DNA from: an uncultured Clostridia bacterium
Lineage (GTDB): Bacteria > Bacillota > Clostridia > JAAYHZ01
Length of the DNA: 64,000 nucleotides
Assembly (NCBI GenBank): GCA_937894465.1
Contig: CALCRE010000293.1
Coordinates: forward strand, 9,482 to 73,481
Direction of reading: 5' to 3'
Shown here: in pieces, positions 62,204 to 64,000 of the stretch
How positions within the stretch are numbered: the stretch's first letter is position 1
Layout: the number at the start of each line of letters is the position of its first letter
Notes under the pieces: generated by a model
What the model saw: the letters and a program-made list of their open reading frames with translations, nothing else
The model's database searches: none
Told to the model about the DNA's origin: nothing
Position numbers and translations under genes: made by a program

Positions 62204-62253
62204 TTCCTCCTAATATCTACGCATTTCACCGCTACACTGGGAATTCCACCTTC
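62196..62253 (-). rRNA. Isolated ~58-nt fragment of 16S rRNA, helix 22-23 region (not a gene)
   Basis: GAAGGTGGAATTCCCAGTGTAGCGGTGAAATGCGTAGATATTAGGAGGAACACCGGTG includes the near-universal GTGTAGCGGTGAAATGCGTAGA. Confidence 0.92.
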
Positions 62254-62285
62254 GTCTAAACTTTCGGCCGAGTCATTCATACCAA

Positions 62286-62903
62286 TTATTTACGATTTAA
62301 AAACGCTACTTTGATTCCTACTTTGGAATAAGAAATTTTACATAAACCGGTGTTGTCAATTTGAATCGATCCTATTGGCTCCATATCTAGAAACATTTCA
62401 ATTAATCTGGAGCCTGCATGTGCGTGTCCTACTAAAAGTATGGACAAGTTTGATTTTCCGTAATTATCTATTAAATGTTCATAAATCCAACGGATGCGTC
62501 TTATACCTTCTAAATAATTCTCAGGACTAGGCGGAAAAGCTCTATGAGCATCATTGTCTCTGTATTTAAAAAACCTCATATCATCTTCAGCAATTTTTAT
62601 CGCATGTCCATACCTTACATTTTCGGGCAACTCACCTTCCCTTGACTTTTGGTAACATGCTTCTGATAGTTCGCCCCATAATTCCGCAATGATATTATTA
62701 GCTTTTAAATAAGGCAAAATCGTATATACTGCTCTTTCAATAGGACTTACAAATATATGGTCAAATTTAATTCCTTTTAATCTTTCTACAAGAGCCTCCG
62801 CTTGCATAAGGCCCTTTTCCGAAAGATGTCCGTGAAAAGAAGTACCATAGTCATTTGTTAAATTACCTATTGATTGACCATGTCTCAAAAAATAAATGTT
62901 CAT
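62286..62903 (-). CDS. Histidine phosphatase (phosphoglycerate mutase family)
   Basis: LRHGQS, SP.ERA..T, LVGH; start MNIYFL after AGGAG. Confidence 0.88.
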   Translation of the reverse strand: MNIYFLRHGQSIGNLTNDYGTSFHGHLSEKGLMQAEALVERLKGIKFDHIFVSPIERAVYTILPYLKANNIIAELWGELSEACYQKSREGELPENVRYGHAIKIAEDDMRFFKYRDNDAHRAFPPSPENYLEGIRRIRWIYEHLIDNYGKSNLSILLVGHAHAGSRLIEMFLDMEPIGSIQIDNTGLCKISYSKVGIKVAFLNRK

Positions 62904-62968
62904 TTTATTTACTCCTATAAATTGGTTGGTAAGGGGTACCGAGAGCATTCATTAACAAATGTAGTCTT

Positions 62969-63877
62969 TTAAATTTTCCTATATTTTGTTGGCGAGCTCC
63001 CTGTTACCTTTTTAAAGATTTTACTAAAATGATATTGATCGTAGTACCCAAGCTGTTGTGATATTTCATTTATTGAAGAATCGGTGCTTTTTAATAGCCG
63101 TTTGGCTTCCTCAATTTTCAAGTCTTCAAGATATTGCATAATAGTTTTACCTGTTTCGGCTTTAAAAATAGAATTTAGATAATTCGGACTTACATTTACT
63201 TCTTGAGAAATATCACTCAGACGTATAGCATTTGAAAGGTTTCTCTTAACGTAAAATTGAACTTGTAAAACAATGTAGTCTTTCCAAGGCTTATGGTTTA
63301 ATTTACCCTGATTCTCTTCCTTTATCTTTCTCACTATTAGAATAAGTAATTGTAGAACATTGGACTTGATTGTTTCTTTAAAATACTCACTTTCATTTTC
63401 AAGTTCCTCTTTTATGTTACTAACATAAAAATTGCAATCATATGTAGATTTCATAATAAACCCGTCTGTTGTATGAAAATTACCATCAACACTGTTTCTA
63501 CCGGATAAGTGTAACGATATCTTGTCAAACAATACATAAATCCAAATTGATTCATAACTGCAATTCTTTTTAGGCAACTCACGATGCATAATTCCCGGTC
63601 TTACAATGCATACATCACCGACATTTACATTAATAATGCGACTTTCCATTTGCATTGCAAAGCTACCGCTTAAGCCTATACAAATCTCCAAGAAACTATG
63701 ACTTTTGAGGTTAATGATCATATGGAATAAATCATTAAAATTGTTGGGTAATAAAGCAATCTTATCAATATCTGCATAACCTTTGTCGGTTAAAAACCAG
63801 TCACTTAAATATCTTGCTTTTATTTGCTTTATTGAAAAATCAAGCGCATCTATAAGAGAAGTGTTATAATCAGACAT
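62969..63877 (-). CDS. AraC-family transcriptional regulator with cupin sensor domain
   Basis: HSFLEI...PGIMH cupin; SPNYLNSIFK and LGYYDQYHFSKIFKK..G.SP..YR HTH motifs. Confidence 0.92.
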   Translation of the reverse strand: MSDYNTSLIDALDFSIKQIKARYLSDWFLTDKGYADIDKIALLPNNFNDLFHMIINLKSHSFLEICIGLSGSFAMQMESRIINVNVGDVCIVRPGIMHRELPKKNCSYESIWIYVLFDKISLHLSGRNSVDGNFHTTDGFIMKSTYDCNFYVSNIKEELENESEYFKETIKSNVLQLLILIVRKIKEENQGKLNHKPWKDYIVLQVQFYVKRNLSNAIRLSDISQEVNVSPNYLNSIFKAETGKTIMQYLEDLKIEEAKRLLKSTDSSINEISQQLGYYDQYHFSKIFKKVTGSSPTKYRKI

Positions 63878-64000
63878 TTCAACCACCTTTAAAGATTAAC
63901 CTTCTTGTTTCGAAACCAATTAATCTAATTAAGATACTCGCTGCTGTAAAGAGCTTGATTACGCTGTCTTATATGTGTGTACATTAGCAAGACTAATTGA

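Noticed and set aside
62154..62253. A true rRNA gene, or an NAD riboswitch for nadA
   Set aside because: Only ~100 nt flanked by protein genes; a terminator and a separate promoter lie between it and nadA
62072..62314. 80-aa plus-strand ORF over the rRNA-like element
   Set aside because: No RBS; it is the antisense reading of rRNA-like sequence and a terminator
1..64000. CRISPR arrays, tRNAs, IS elements, prophage genes, parS sites
   Set aside because: No spaced repeats, cloverleafs, transposase or integrase ORFs, or parS palindromes seen on manual reading

Overview
A 64-kb chromosomal window from a low-GC, spore-forming anaerobic Firmicute (Clostridia-like: SASP, bofA, CotS-family, PFOR, rubrerythrin). 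Left to right it carries a truncated Kelch/Asp-box propeller gene, an Opp-type ABC importer, a heparinase II/III-like gene, ThrE pair, rbr, YhfW-like oxidoreductase, VanW protein, yaaL-bofA, nifJ, MFS, fhs, and a glycine-riboswitch-controlled gcvT-H-PA-PB operon. Next come the prfA-sua5-rpiB/upp-dCMP deaminase-wecA-wecB-cca block, a short purH, glpP, a lipid kinase, rlmH-walJ-murA, yycIH-walKR, two TolC-like genes, two paralogous S-layer genes, nadCBA, and an AT-rich phosphatase/AraC pair. I found no CRISPR array, tRNA, transposase or prophage gene. The most unusual signal is a ~100-nt intergenic element (62154-62253, minus strand) in which a 16S rRNA helix-23 segment is joined to a 23S rRNA helix-96 segment through a shared CACCGGTG, followed by a terminator. 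Also notable: an in-frame RpiB-Upp fusion keeping an internal RBS, a DnaA-box cluster, WalR-like boxes at matching positions upstream of both S-layer promoters, TolC-like genes apparently co-transcribed with walRK, and an apparently leaderless glpP. All calls come from reading the sequence and recalled motifs; no searches were run.
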